The notes under the pieces are model-generated. The model ran no database searches, was not told the origin of the DNA, and worked only from the letters and a program-made list of their open reading frames with translations. The position numbers were made by a program, and so were the translations under genes. A DNA stretch of 63,165 nucleotides, filler included, from Octopus bimaculoides (Eukaryota): assembly GCF_001194135.2 (NCBI RefSeq). It is 5 parts of 5 records of this genome, joined end to end, with 100 filler letters (N's around TTAATTAATTAA, not from the genome) between each part and the next. Parts side by side here need not be neighbours in the genome. Positions count along the whole stretch, not along the records: positions 20,263 to 48,331 come from NC_068992.1; 4 more parts are not named here. The stretch is one strand, 5' to 3'. Position 1 is the first letter of the stretch. Each line of letters opens with the position of its first letter. Shown here one piece after another: positions 23,872 through 38,080 of this stretch.

Positions 23872-24972
23872 AACAAGTTAGTTTATCAATTACTACTGCC
23901 TACCCTGCTTATGTATATACTTATATATATATATATGTGTGTGTGTGTACATACGCAGGGTAGGCAGTAGTTATTGATAAATTTGTTACAAAATGACTTA
24001 ATATATATTTACATATAAATATGTGTGTGTGTGCACGTGTGTGTGTATGTGCATGTGCGTGTGTGAGCGCGCATGTGTAGAAACAAACATTATATTAAGC
24101 ACCCTACAGGATATATAACGCTACTTTCCTCATACACATATACGTTTACATATACATGCGTGTGTGTTTGTGTGTGTGTGTGTACGTGTGTGTGTGTGTG
24201 TGTGTGTGTGAATACATGCCATTCACATTTTCAATTTCATATATACATGAACGTATATCCTATACACGCTTTCGGTATTATTATTTTAGGCACTACATGG
24301 AAACGTAGAACGAAACTCACGCGGTCACTGGAGACAAACACACACGCAAAGTAGCTCAGCCGCGCATATTCCTCTAAACGGCGACAGAGTGTAAGCAGTT
24401 CTTAGGTGTATTCTGTGATATATTAATCTTTCTCTCACTTCTTTTTCTCTCTTCCTCTTCTTTCTCCTTCTCTCTCTCTGTCTCCGTCTCTCTCATTCTC
24501 CACACCTCCCTCGTTCTCTCCCCATTTACTGTACCCCCGCTATCTGTTTCTTCACTGTCACTGATTCGTCACTCTCTCGTCCGTAGCATTATCGAAACAG
24601 ACACGCATACACACACACGTACACGCATTAGTAACTCGTACACTGCCGCTGGAATAAGTTCCAAAAGGTGGGAGACCCAGGCCTGACGATACATTAAAAG
24701 TTCAAAGGGGCCACGAAGTCGTATTATTCATCGAAATGTTTATCTGTTTATGTTATTAAAAGGAGGAGCCAAGATCCTGACATGAATGAACGGCCTCCCT
24801 CCTTCGATCTCAGAACTAAACCGATGCGCTAACAAAACACTCCTCTTTGACGGGGGTTAGAGAATACGCGAATGCACGCGCAAGCAAAACACCCCATCGC
24901 GCCCGCGAATGAGCGTGCACGCATATATATATATATATATATACATACACATGTGAGCGTGTGTATACATGC

Positions 24973-25003
<31 letters not shown>

Positions 25004-25054
25004 ATATGTTGAGTCGTTCACCCAGTCTTTTTATTCTTTAACTAATATTTTATT

Positions 25055-25093
<39 letters not shown>

Positions 25094-25130
25094 GTATATG
25101 TATATATATACAGAGAGAGAGAGAGAGATG

Positions 25131-25525
25131 CTTTTATTCTCTCACTTGTCTCTGTCTTTTCTCTGCGGCCGCACTGGACCAACGCCTTAGAGGGTTTTAG
25201 TCGGACAAATCGATCCCAGGACTTATTCTTTGTAAACCTAGTACTTTTTCTATCGCATTCTTTCGCTGAACCGCTACGTTACAGGGACGTAAACACACCA
25301 ACATCGGTAGTCAAGTGATGGTTTGGGGACAAACAAACACAGGTACAAAGACAAACATACATAAATATATACATTTACGACGGGCTTCCTTCAGTTTCCG
25401 TCTATCAAATCCACTCACAAGGCTTTGGTCGGCCCCAGGCTGTAGTAGGAGACACTTGCCCGAGGTGATACACAATGAGACGGAACCTGGAACCATAAGG
25501 TTGAAAAACATGCTTTTATACACAC
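25131..25525 (-). mobile_element. SINE family A, full length
   Basis: Reverse-strand match along the whole consensus seen in this window. Confidence 0.85.
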
Positions 25526-25683
25526 ATACATGTAATGCACGTCGGAAAAAAATGCAAAGTGGCATTTTCAACCATTTAAAAATTTTCGTTCAAATTCCAC
25601 CGAGATTACTTTACCATCCAATCCTTTCAGGGGCGATAGGATAAACTAGGAGCTGGCCACCGCTGGTTACCGCTGGTTTAGTC

Positions 25684-25974
25684 CAGTGGTTTCCAATCTT
25701 ATCTGGCTGCCGCCCTCTTGGCACCCAGGTCACATTCCTAGTGACCCCACGCCCACCCCATTACAAATATAAACCACTTTCTGCAATATGTTTAAAACAA
25801 CTGTATTTTCCAAATAAAATTAACTAACCTGTTAATATTTTTATTTACATCTATCACCCCATTTTTGGCCACCCCAATATCATCCTACTTTTCTTCAACG
25901 TCCCCACCCTGGATCTTTCCACCGACCCCGGGGATGGAGGTGACGGGGAATATCACCCACTTTCGGAACCACGG
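25684..25974. mobile_element. hAT (Charlie-like) MITE
   Basis: TIRs CAGTGGTTTCCAA and TTCGGAACCACGG. 8-bp TSD GTTTAGTC/GTTTAATC. Confidence 0.75.
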
Positions 25975-26025
25975 GTTTAATCGGACAAATCCAAAACGGC
26001 AGGGTTTTACTTCTGCTTTCTAACG

Positions 26026-26311
26026 CGGGTACTTATTCAATCGGGTATTTTGCCGAAGTGCTAAGTAATAGGAAGGTAGAAGAACAAGCACCTGATGTCA
26101 AGCGGTGGAAGGTGTACAAACAGATAATCAGTTATACACTTGGACATACACACACGTGACAGGCTTCTTTCAGTTTCCAAAGTTACACACAATGATTTGG
26201 TCGGCCCGAAGCTATAGTAGAAGACACTTGCCGAAGGTGAAATGCGGTAGAACTGAACCCGGAACCATATGAACGGGAAGCAAGTTTCTCACCATACAGC
26301 CACGCCTGCAC
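26026..26311 (-). mobile_element. SINE family A
   Basis: GACAGGCTTCTTTCAG..GAAGACACTTGCC..GAACCCGGAACC..CAGCCACGCCTGC. Confidence 0.8.
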
Positions 26312-26318
26312 ATATATA

Positions 26319-26362
<44 letters not shown>

Positions 26363-26703
26363 CACACACACACATATACAAAATAACTAATATATATATA
26401 TATATATATACTTATATATACACAACACACACACATATACAACATAACTAATATATATATAATATTAGGGACAACATCCAAAATTACAAGTAAAAACTCA
26501 AATAAAATCAATTTATAAAAAAATTAAAATTAAATTGGACCTTATAGATTAAAATATATATATAAAATATAGTTTTAGGGAAAATAACCAAGTTTCAAGA
26601 ACTNNNNNNNNNNNNNNNNNNNNNNNNNNNNNNNNNNNNNNNNNNNNNNNNNNNNNNNNNNNNNNNNNNNNNNNNNNNNNNNNNNNNNNNNNNNNNNNNN
26701 NNN

Positions 26704-26746
<43 letters not shown>

Positions 26747-27063
26747 AATACATGTAAACACAATCATTCATACGCATGCAGATATATACATACACCTTTA
26801 TTTATCTTTCATCTTTTATAGTTTACTCCTTTCAGTCATCGAACTGCGGCCATGATGGCTCACCGAGCGAATCGACCTTTACTTTTCTGGTACTTGTTCT
26901 ATATTTCTCCGTTATCGAACCGTTACGTTACAGGGGTCGTAAAGGAACCAACACTGATTGTCGAGCGGTAGTGGGGGACAAACACAAAGACAGGCACACA
27001 GAATGTATGTGTGTGTATACATGTGCGTATGTGTGTGTGTGTTTGTGTGTGTGTGCGTGTTAG

Positions 27064-27761
27064 ATAAGATAACAAGGCCAAGGCAATTTGATGTCCCTAG
27101 GATATTTATAAACAGAAAGGTGGTCTTTGATTTGTTTCAGGGAAGTAAATGATATCTCATCATCAGTGACGAGTTAAAAGAGCTTGAATAGAAGGAATTA
27201 GTAGAGTTCATTTTCTTAGAAGAAGTTATTCTGGAGAGGGAGAGATATACAAGAAATTAGATATAATGCAGAAAGTATAAAATGAAAATACGAAAATAAG
27301 AATACATGTTGGATGTTAAAGTTGCTGTTTCGTTATCCAAGAAATATGTTGTGTAGAATGGGTAATGAGTCTTCTTGTCCATGGTGTGTAAAGTCCGATA
27401 AGAATTCAATAACATATGAATTCTTATCGGACTTTACACATCATAGACAAGAAGACGCTTTACTCATTCTGCTCAACATATTTCATGGATAACGAAACAG
27501 CAACTTTAACATCCAACATGTATTTTTATTTTCGTATTTTCCTTTTATACTTTCTGCATTATATCTAATTCATTTTATATCTCTCCCTCACCAGAATAAC
27601 TTCTTCTAAGAAAATGAACTCTACTAATTCCTTCTATTCAAGCCCTTTTGACTCGTCTCTGATGATGGGATATCATTTTCTTCCCTGAAACAAATGAAAG
27701 ACCACCTTACTATTTATAAATGTCCTAGGGATACCAAATTGCCTTGGCTTTGTTATCTTAT
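27064..27761. repeat. Long inverted repeat: ~345-bp arms, 10-bp spacer
   Basis: Arms 27064-27407 and 27418-27761 are diverged reverse complements around GAATTC-aataacatat-GAATTC. Confidence 0.95.
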
Positions 27762-29540
27762 TTTATTTAACATATACAAGCTCACACACGACCTGCCTTA
27801 GACTCCTCACTCATGCTACTATTGAACTGGAAGCTTAACAAATGTCCTTCCGTAGCACTTACATAGACTTACCTGCCTTTTGGGTCTTCTGGATACCGAA
27901 ACGTCTCATGTTATATACATATATATATATATATAGGAAACCGGCTCCTTCCTCGGTGGAAGATTTATAATAATTAAAAGATAGAACATACATACATGAA
28001 CACATGACGGGCTTCTTTCATTTTCCGTCTACCAAATGCACTCACACGGCTTTGGTTGGTTCGAGAGTATAGTAGAAACGCAGTGGCACTGAATCCGGAA
28101 GCATGTAGTTGGGTAGCAAAATTCTACCACACTATCACGCCTGTGCCTACACACACACACTCATTTGTATCAATATTGTATTTGTGGAGGTCATTTCTCA
28201 GTTGACAAATCTATAATATAATGCTGTCCATCCGTGATATATCCATTCTGTTTCATGTTGTTATACAATGCATCCTTCCATTTTATAAGACGATTGGATG
28301 TTATTTAAGGAAATGTAGCTGTTACATGCGGCAATTCCCGCAACCATTCAAAGAGTCTGACTTTGGATCGGACTTGTTTCCAAACTAAAGGAGCAATGAC
28401 AACAGGACTGGTATTATATCAAGTGGTGTGTATGTATTTATACGTGCATAAGAGGTGCGTATGTGTTTGTACTTGTATTTATGCGTTTGTATGCCTGTGT
28501 ATAAGGTTGTCAATGTTTGATAGTGTATGCCTTTGTGTATGTGTTCGTATATTTATGTGTGCGGCTGTTTTGCTGTACATGTAAATGTGCATGTGTGTTT
28601 GTCAATTCCTGTGTTTGTGTATATGTTTGCATCAACAATTGTATGTATATCTGAACCACCCGACATCTCAGACAATAACTTCCAAAGGATTCCCGCCAGT
28701 ATACCTTTGACCTTACAGCCATTTGATGACCTTTTGATTGACTTCTGGTCACTGATGTCAAGAAGAGGTCAGTCGTAGGAAAGCAATGGTCTTGCTACCA
28801 AATTGCAGTGGACACATGACGTCGAATCTAACTTCACGTGAACTCACATCAATAAATTGCTCCCGCATCCAATCTTTCCCACCGATCTCCACATCGCTCC
28901 CACATATCTTCGTTATTTTTCCTTTAAGATTCCTTTCCTCCTTTCTGCCATCATGTAGCCGCATCTGACACATTCTCTCTTTCTCTTTTCTTTGTACACT
29001 ATCCAATTTCTTTGCCGTTTATGTTTACACACACAGAGAAAGATAGAAAGAGAAAGAGAGAGAGAGCGAGATAGACAGAGAGACAGCGAAACAGTAGAAT
29101 AGAGGGCTATCTAAGAGGAATATTTCCAGTAAGGTTTCACATTTATAACAGAATAAGTTGAAAATTGTTATAATCTAAGGGTTTCTATATGATAAGTTGA
29201 CAGAAATCAATCAAGATTGTTAAAGATACAAAAGAAACACAAATATGTCTGGAAAATAATCGGCCACTCGAAATAAGAGAGATTAAAGTTAACCTATGTA
29301 GGAACGAGACTTGACTTTCAATCCAGAGAATGGAAGTAGATGAACTATAATAATAGTTTAAAAGTTTGCACAAGGCCAGCAAATTCGGGGACATGTCAAT
29401 TATATCGACCCCAGTGATTTACTGGTACTTATATCGACCCCGAAAGGTGAAATTTGAAAGTTTAAGGCGAACGAAATGCAGCTAACCATTTTAACCGGCA
29501 TGTCAATGTTTCTGCCAGCTCGCCACTCTAATCTGACATA

Positions 29541-29865
29541 AAAAGACCACCTTCGGCCATGAAATTACACCTAGAAAGTTCTCTTCCAAGGGACATGTCC
29601 AGGCAAGGTTGTTTATAGAAGACCAGCTGTCACCGATGCATGCCAGCCTCCCCTCTCCACACCACTGATGTTATCCAAGAGATAGGCAAAGACCGATACT
29701 GCTTGGCGCCAGTGACATCGCATCTCATTTCTACACATGCCTGAACTAGGGCGACGTGAGATAAAGTGTCTTGCTTAAGAACACAACACACAATCCGGTC
29801 CAGAAATCGAACTCACCACCTCATGATTGTGAGCCGGACTCTCTAACAACTGAGCTATACACCTT
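29541..29865 (-). mobile_element. SINE family C, flanked by family D pieces (29375-29525, 29905-30110)
   Basis: Reverse complement of 7995-8297. Confidence 0.8.
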
Positions 29866-30149
29866 CAGTTGACATATAACTCTCATATAATGATTTCAAA
29901 TTTTGGTACAAGGCCAGCAAGTTCGAGAGAGGTTGTAAGTCGATTACATCGATCCCAGTGCTCAACGGGTACCCATTTTATCGACCTAGAAAGGATGTAA
30001 CGTAAAGTCTACCTCACTGGAATTTGAAACTCAAAACGTAAAGACGAACGATGTGTTGCAGACGATTTTACCTGGCGTGCTAACGTTTCTGTCAGCTCGA
30101 CGCCTTAAGCTGACATGTAATAACAATAATAGTCTCAAATATCTCATAC

Positions 30150-30181
<32 letters not shown>

Positions 30182-30235
30182 ACATATATATGTATGTACA
30201 GATATATATATATATATGTACACACACATATGTAG

Positions 30236-30317
<82 letters not shown>

Positions 30318-30318
30318 T

Positions 30319-30635
30319 TGGCTGTGTGGTGGCGATGACGTAGCTGTGTTGCAAGAAGCTTGTTTCCCAATCGTATGGTTTCTGGTTCAATCCCACTGCA
30401 TGGCACCTTGGGCAAGTCTCTTCTACTATAGCCACGAGCCGACTAAGGTCTTGTGAGTGGATTTGGCAGAGACGGAAACTGAAAGAAGCCCATCGATATG
30501 CATATTGTTATATGTGTGTGTGCCTTTGTGTCTGTGTTTGTCTCCACCCCCCCGCTTCACAACCGGTGATGCTGTGTTTACGTCTCTGTAATTTAACTGT
30601 TATTCAAAAGAGACCGATATAATATGTACTAGGTT
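30319..30635 (+). mobile_element. SINE family A
   Basis: Head with a short internal duplication, CORE-like segment and 3' body. Confidence 0.8.
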
Positions 30636-31274
30636 TATATATAATACAGTACAAACGTGTATACATATACTTACATACATACGGAAAGAGAAAGAATGAG
30701 TGAGAGAGAAAAGTGTAATGCAGAATGTCCGTTATGCTGAAGCATTAAGTTACGGAGACAAAAAAAAAAAACCATCGACCACCGGTAGGATACGCGCGCT
30801 CGCGTACACACACGCGATACGTTTTCTACAACAGTAAAATGCTCCCGGTTAGGATGGTAGCATTGTACATCATTGAGCATTTCCAGTCACACTTCAGAGA
30901 GGATACTGAAAAAGTTTTTAAAGATTATAGTGAGTAGAGCAGAACGGGGGACGTAATTTTCATTTCCAGAAAAATCCTGTTTATATATTCCGTTACTACA
31001 GCATACATTGAATGTCACAGATTATGAAGGTAGTTAGTCATGTTCAAATGACAGATATTTGTGATTATGTTTGTCCTATTTTCATTAAGGTAGTGAGTTG
31101 TCCGAATCGTTGCCCAAAACAAAATTCTTAGCGGTATTTTTTCGGGCATTTTACGTTCGGAGTTTAAATCTCGCTGTGGTCAACATTAATTTCCTTTCCT
31201 CCGGGTACGATGAAATAAGTACGAGATGAGCACAAAAGACGGTGTAATCTTCCCCCCCCCTCCCACCTCTAATA

Positions 31275-31491
31275 TACGATGGTGTGCTGAAAAGTTTTTG
31301 CTATTAAAGTTATCATCAAAGGCCCGGTTGGAGGCCCAGCCTTCCGATTTCTTTTACATGTCTTAGAGAAACTGAAGGGTGCTGCAATGAGTGCGTGAAT
31401 CTGAGAGGGGAATATAGTAAATAAAATCATAATTAACTGATCCTCCTGTATTTGTTTTACCCAGTCAGGAACTTTTCAGCACCCTCTCGTA
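31275..31491 (+). mobile_element. mariner-derived MITE
   Basis: TIRs TACGATGGTGTGCTGAAAAGTT and AACTTTTCAGCACCCTCTCGTA with TA ends. Internal remnant NECVNLRGEY of the transposase C-terminus. Confidence 0.8.
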
Positions 31492-31899
31492 TAGCTGGTC
31501 GAGTTCCAATACAATTATTAAGTTGTTTACTAAGCAATTATAATACACGATACATACATACATACATCTGTGTTGAAGTTGTACATTCTGTTGGTACCTT
31601 TTCTCATAAACTCATTGACAGGACCGGATTTAAACCATGAGGGGAGGGGACAGGTGCACTTCAAATTCTCCTTTGGTGAGTTAGATATTTGTTTATATAA
31701 ATTTTCTTCAGAATTTTTATTTCCTCAACTAATTATGAAAATCGTATTCAGTTTCAGGATGAATAGATAAGAAAAAAATTACGACCCTTTAAGGATGCAA
31801 AAATTACACGATTCAAACGTAAAAATTAATCATTCGTTAACCGAAAAAGCGTAAATATGTAGACACTAAATATTGGTTTTTAAATTATTGGCACAAACC

Positions 31900-32240
31900 G
31901 GCAAATTCGAGTGAACGTGTAAGTCGATTACATCACCCCTAATATTCAACTCGTACTTATTTTATCGATCCCGAAGGGATGAAAGGCATAGTGGTACTCG
32001 GTGGAATTTCAACTCAGAACATAAAGACGGTCGAAATGCCGCAGAACATTTTGTTCGGCGTGCTATCGATTCTGCCAGTTCGCTGCCTTAGACACACTGG
32101 AAGATTCTGTTTAGTTTCGAAAGCTTTCTGTTCTGTCTAAGTCGACCCCGAAAGGATCAAATGTGAAGTCAACCTCGGTAGAATTTGAACTCAGAACGTC
32201 AAGACCGACAAAATGCCGCTAAGCTTTTTGCCACGTCGCC
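31900..32240 (-). mobile_element. SINE family D, tandem copies
   Basis: Two reverse-strand iterations of CCCGAAxGGATxAAA..CTCGGTxGAATTT.AACTCAGAAC. Confidence 0.75.
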
Positions 32241-33259
32241 GCTGTATATTTTATATATTACAATTATTATAATAATAATCGTCGTTTGGGTGCCTTTAGT
32301 CTAGAAACGTTTTGTATACAGGGACCCTTGTGTTCAGTAACAATCAGGGAGGCGATGTCTAAAGTGGTAGAGCTATGAAACTGTGTTGCGGACCATATAA
32401 ACTTATATAAAAACAAATCCGGTTTTCAGTGCATGTATCTGCTTAGCTTCCTGACTTGTAGATTCAACCTCCTGGAGGACTAGCCCAATGAATGCTACAT
32501 ATTTGGAGTCAGAGTAACCCTGAGCCATCTCGCCGTTATTTCTGTCCTATTTTAGTCCCTAGGTCTGCGGCAAATAATCGTACCCAATGACCCGATCAGC
32601 AAAATGCAAATTAAGAAGTAAAACAATGGACATAGGGGTATAAAGATCAAACAAGAAGGATATTAGTGCAGGAATTATATTCAATCTACCCAGAAATTGG
32701 ATGATAAACACTCAGAATAATCAACATTTATCGAAATCCTTTAACTTTTGCATATGTTCCAAAAGTAAAGAATTCTTGCTGTTTTCGGTTAAGGTGCCTT
32801 TGAGTAACAATATTATTGATCAGTTACTTCCTCTACAGACGAAATCCACGGAACAATTTCCTCTTATTCAATCGGTTCTTTATAAAGAATTTTTTTTTTT
32901 ATTATCGTGAATCTTCCCTTTCAAACGGTTTTTAAGACAGTTTCGAATTTACGAATGTATGGATTATGTTTATATTGAAACTTCGTTAGAAAATTTGTAC
33001 ATTTCGATATCAAGAGAGAAAAGCAACCAACCAAGAACGGAAATGAGAAGAAACGACAGATAAAAATAAATTCACAAGCCTAAGGTAAGAGAAGATCCAG
33101 GAAAGTTTTGACTGGAAATGCTAGAAGTTTTAAACTGGGCAAATCACTAAAAATCCGTGATACTAAGGCTTCAGAAGATAGGATGAAGTTTTGATCTAAT
33201 ACATTTTTACATGATTAAATTTATCTTTGCAAATAACTATAAATATTTCTTCAGGTAAA

Positions 33260-33450
33260 CGTAATAAGCTGGCACAATTGTTAGCACGCTGGGCAAAATG
33301 CTTAGCGGCATTTCGACTGTCTTTACGTTCAGAGTTCAAATTCCACCGAGGTCCATCCTTTCGGAAAGTAATACCAGTTGAAAACTGGGGCCGATGTAAG
33401 CAGCTTATCACCCTTACCCGAACTTTCAGGCCTTGTGCCAGAATTTGGAA
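33260..33450 (+). mobile_element. SINE family D
   Basis: GCTGGCACAATTGTTAGCACG..GAGTTCAAATTCCACCGAGG..TTTCAGGCCTTGTGCC. Confidence 0.75.
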
Positions 33451-33698
33451 CCAACATTTCAACATGTATTCATCTTTCCATAGATTCGACAATGTAACGA
33501 GCTTAATTTTTACCAAAGGCTATATATTTCTCTCCACCAACCAAAAGAAAAATGCACCAGAGGGCAACTGCTTGGTTACTCTCTCTCACTCTCACAAAAT
33601 ATATAGTGAATACAGTATTTAACTATGAGCTAGTAATAGTTTCATGAATGAAGATATTATCTAAGCAGGTTTAAAAATTCGCCTAGTGTCCTCAAGTG

Positions 33699-33744
<46 letters not shown>

Positions 33745-34254
33745 NNNNNNNNNNNNNNNNNNNNNNNNNNNNNNNNNNNNNNNNNNNNNNNNNNNNNNNN
33801 NNNNNNNNNNNNNNNNNNNNNNNNNNNNNNNNNNNNNNNNNNNNNNNNNNNNNNNNNNNNNNNNNNNNNNNNNNNNNNNNNNNNNNNNNNNNNNNNNNNN
33901 NNNNNNNNNNNNNNNNNNNNNNNNNNNNNNNNNNNNNNNNNNNNNNNNNNNNNNNNNNNNNNNNNNNNNNNNNNNNNNNNNNNNNNNNNNNNNNNNNNNN
34001 NNNNNNNNNNNNNNNNNNNNNNNNNNNNNNNNNNNNNNNNNNNNNNNNNNNNNNNNNNNNNNNNNNNNNNNNNNNNNNNNNNNNNNNNNNNNNNNNNNNN
34101 NNNNNNNNNNNNNNNNNNNNNNNNNNNNNNNNNNNNNNNNNNNNNNNNNNNNNNNNNNNNNNNNNNNNNNNNNNNNNNNNNNNNNNNNNNNNNNNNNNNT
34201 ATACATACATATATGTACATACCTAATTATATATGTATATAAAAAAAAAAACGT

Positions 34255-34645
34255 TAAACACAATGAGAAACGAAAGCATAAAAACGAAAACAAAGGAAAC
34301 GAACTTTCAGTTGACTCAAAAGACACTCAGATTTCAATTGTACAACATCTCGAGAGCGATGACAAATTTTCGAAAACTTTGCGTAGGCCTCTGAGCAGGT
34401 ATCACCAAGCTTTTGGCAAAAGTTGATGCAGATTCTTTGTTCAAGTATCTCTGTCATAGACAATGTGACGATCACACTCTACTCATCTTCCTTCCAAGCA
34501 CCGCTGTAAAAAGCGGAAGTGAGCTAGAACGTTAGTGCGCATGCACAGCAGTGTTTAAGGTCAATTTATGCCAAGCTACTTTACTCAGCACGCGTTAGCT
34601 TCATTACTATGCAACAGTCCGTATACTTATTGATCAGACCGCGTA
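34255..34645 (-). mobile_element. mariner-derived deletion derivative (one TIR plus transposase N-terminus)
   Basis: Minus-strand MTEILEQRICINFCQKLGDT. TIR-like end TATTGATCAGACCGCGTA. Confidence 0.65.
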
Positions 34646-36384
34646 TATATATATAAGCCTATGTATGTATACATGCATGCATCTATGTATGCATGCATGC
34701 ATCTATGTATGTATGTATGCATGTATGTATGTATGTATGTGATGAGTGTGGGTGCGTGTGTCTCGACAACACGTGTATTGTTAAATCAATTCACACCGTT
34801 AAACTTATTACGATTTTCGGATCTTTTGCGCAGCTGCTCAGTCGCATCTCAATTAAATTGCTTATCTTCCTGACTAATCACTATGCAGTCACCGACTGCA
34901 GTTCTTCATCGCAGACTAATTGTCCTTCTTTGAAATGGTTCTTAACATTTCGAAATAGTTGAACGTCTCAAGAATCATATGATGATAGGCTTGTCAAATC
35001 TTGCTTATATTCACGAATGCCATACACAACAGGGCGGTAAAAACAAGTGCTTTGTTGCTAAGAAGTACAGCATTTTATTTGCATAGAATGTCGCGTCTTC
35101 GAAACAAATCAATATAGGCTGTTACGCTTGTTTATGTAGTATATAATAGATTATGAACCCATCATCAGTCGTACAAAACTGTCCAGATAATCATGTCTCA
35201 TCAGATTTGAACTCCAAAATTCTTGGCTGGGTTGAGGAACTATTGCATTTCTACCACCTGGATTGTGCTTTCGCTGTGAGGTGAGGTCTTTTTGATTGAT
35301 CAATATCTCGTCTTGTGTTATTCATTGCAGTTTAAATAAATGCTGGGTGATGTGTATGAGCACGAAATTTTCATTAAAACTTTTCTTTAAAACCTTTCGC
35401 TGTCCTTTGATTTCAGAATCAGCGCCCTCTGCACGCAACCTGTACATACCTTTGACAAACTCAGATGAATTAATCTATTAACAGTTTCTAAAGTATCTCC
35501 TATCTCAGTATAACTAGCATAATTTCCTTTATAAGACCTCGTTCAGTAGTAGTGAGGTTTACTCTGAGGTTGTATACACTGGCCGTTCTGGTCGCAGCTC
35601 AAATTTCCAGGTAACTTTTTCCCAATGACATAGCAGCTCCCGTTATTTGATCGCTGGACATGGTGAGTCATTCTGCTACACACGCGCGCACACACACACA
35701 CACGCGCGCGCACACATACAGAGAGACAGACAGATAGATAGATAGTTATATAGATAGATTGATAGATTGATATCAAAATGTTAAGAAGACATTACGTGAA
35801 TTGACTTGATCTGACTTAGACACTGGTGTAAGCGATGCCTTCATCAATATTAAAGCATCACCATCTTTTTGGAAGTTTGTATCCATCAGATTCACGCAGT
35901 ATCAATTTCTTGCCGGGCTTTGATACCATTTTATCTTATTGAAGTTTTAATATAATTATCGTGTGTTCAACCAATGTGCTGGAACCTTTCCCGTTTTTGT
36001 ATTAATTAAACATGAAATTTATGTGCAACCTGATGACTCATTGCATCATGTTCTCCTTAACTTCTCCAATGAGATGGATGTTTCGCAACCGAGATTTAAG
36101 TTTTAGATTTGAGCGCTGCACTTAAGCCATATTTAGCATCAATATTTAGGTATTAGATCCTTTAAGTGGATAATTCCGAATAAATTTCGGATCTAAGGCC
36201 AACATTTGCTTCATATTTGCTCCTGCTCTCTTCTGCCCTAATCTCAGAAACTCATTAAGAAGTCATGATATTATTTCTTTTTAATATAATATGAAAGAAC
36301 TTTCCAAGCTGCCATTTTCTATTACTAACGTCAAAAACATAATTTTCAGTTCCAACTGACAATATCAGTGTACATTATTTAAGC

Positions 36385-36429
<45 letters not shown>

Positions 36430-37703
36430 GCTTGTTGAATTGACACTGCAAGTAGTCTTGCAATATGCAATTTTTATCATGTTTATTTCAATTCATAATT
36501 AAATTGTATGTTAGCTTGAAAGAAGGATCAGTAACATATTTTTGTAATGGCACATTTCGATGTTTTTCTTTTAATATTTGTCCTCGGCCACCGTATCGTA
36601 TTTTACCAAAATGAAATATTACTATGTACCCTCACTCTGAGATATTGAGCGTGATTCGAGGAGGAAATAAGGATAGGCTGGCTTAGTTAATTCATAAGAG
36701 TAGAAAGACTGTTGTAGATAGAAGTAGCAACCAAGAAACATTTCGACTCTAGTCGCATAAGAGATAAAAGCAAGACCGCTCTTCAATTTCTTATTTAAGA
36801 CCATTTTTCTTTCAGTTTTGAAGCTAATAGCTACTAATATCGGCATGAACGTCAAAATGTCCCCCGCCCCCAATATCCTGTTTCTGCTGGAACTCTCTGC
36901 TCAGTGAGCGCATATTAGATATCGATTATCTGTTTTTAGAGAGACAGTTCTTCAGACACTAGAAGACGTCTTATAGAAACTATGACCTTTATGACATTTA
37001 TATAGATATATTGTTTGGTTGCAAGACAGTGGTGGATTGGTGGAAGTGATACCGCATCGGACTTAAATGCCTTGTGGTATTTATTTGTTTTTAGTGAAAA
37101 TCTCAACCTGTTATATTCCTCATATACAGGTAAGTTGAACTTGGACCTAAGTTGAACTTAGATGTAATTGAACTTGGATCAATGATCAACTTAGATGTTA
37201 TTGCAGTTTCGTCGACGGGCTAGTAATATGAGGAAAATAAACAAAGTTAATATATGATTAGGACATAGTTACATCCAGCATGTTCCATGAGGCTAAGTAT
37301 TTTGATTATCAAAGTAACGGTAAAATATGTAAAGTGTTATCTCATCAGTCGGTGACTTTCATTCATATCACATAACTAGTCAGTTCGCAGATAAGCAAGG
37401 AATACATGATATAAAAACGAGAAATGTTTCGGGAAGAAAACCGGAAAAAAGCAGAAATCTTCTTTACACAGTCTGAAGTTTGAGACAGTCGTGGTTTTAC
37501 AACCAGCCGATTTACAGTCCCAATCACATATTCTGTTGAACGAACCAATCACTTATGATAGCATACATAGTGCTTACATTCAAGCAGTTCTTTCTGTATG
37601 CACTGCGATTTAAACCACAGATTTTTCTGCATAAATTAGAGTTAATGCCATCACTCGTTTTTATACATAACATGCATTTCAGTACGTTGTTTTTTTTTTT
37701 GTT

Positions 37704-38080
37704 TGTTTGTTGGCACTCCGTCGCTTACGACGTCGAGGGTTCCAGTTGATCCGATCAACAGAACAGCCTGCCCGTGAAATTAACGTGCAAGTGGCTGAGC
37801 ACTCCACAGACACGTTTACCTTTAACGTAGTTCTCGGGGAGATTAAGCGTGACACAGTGTGACAAGGCTGACCCTTTGAATTACAGGCACAACAGAAACA
37901 GGAAGTGAGAGAAAGTTGTGTTGAAAGAGTACAGCAGGGTTCACCACCATCCCCTGAGGGAGCCTCGTGGAGTTTTAGGTGTTTTCGCTCAATAAACACT
38001 CACAACGCCCGGTCTGGGAATCGAAACCGCGATCCTATGACCACGAGTCCGCTGCCCTAACCACTGGGCCATTGCGCCTC
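37704..38080 (-). mobile_element. SINE family B, full length
   Basis: Near-identical reverse complement of 638-1018. Confidence 0.9.

Noticed and set aside
35800-36270. Minus-strand degenerate frame with NGKGSSTL (P-loop-like)
   Set aside because: Many stops and the motif is not a true Walker A, so no family can be assigned without a search.
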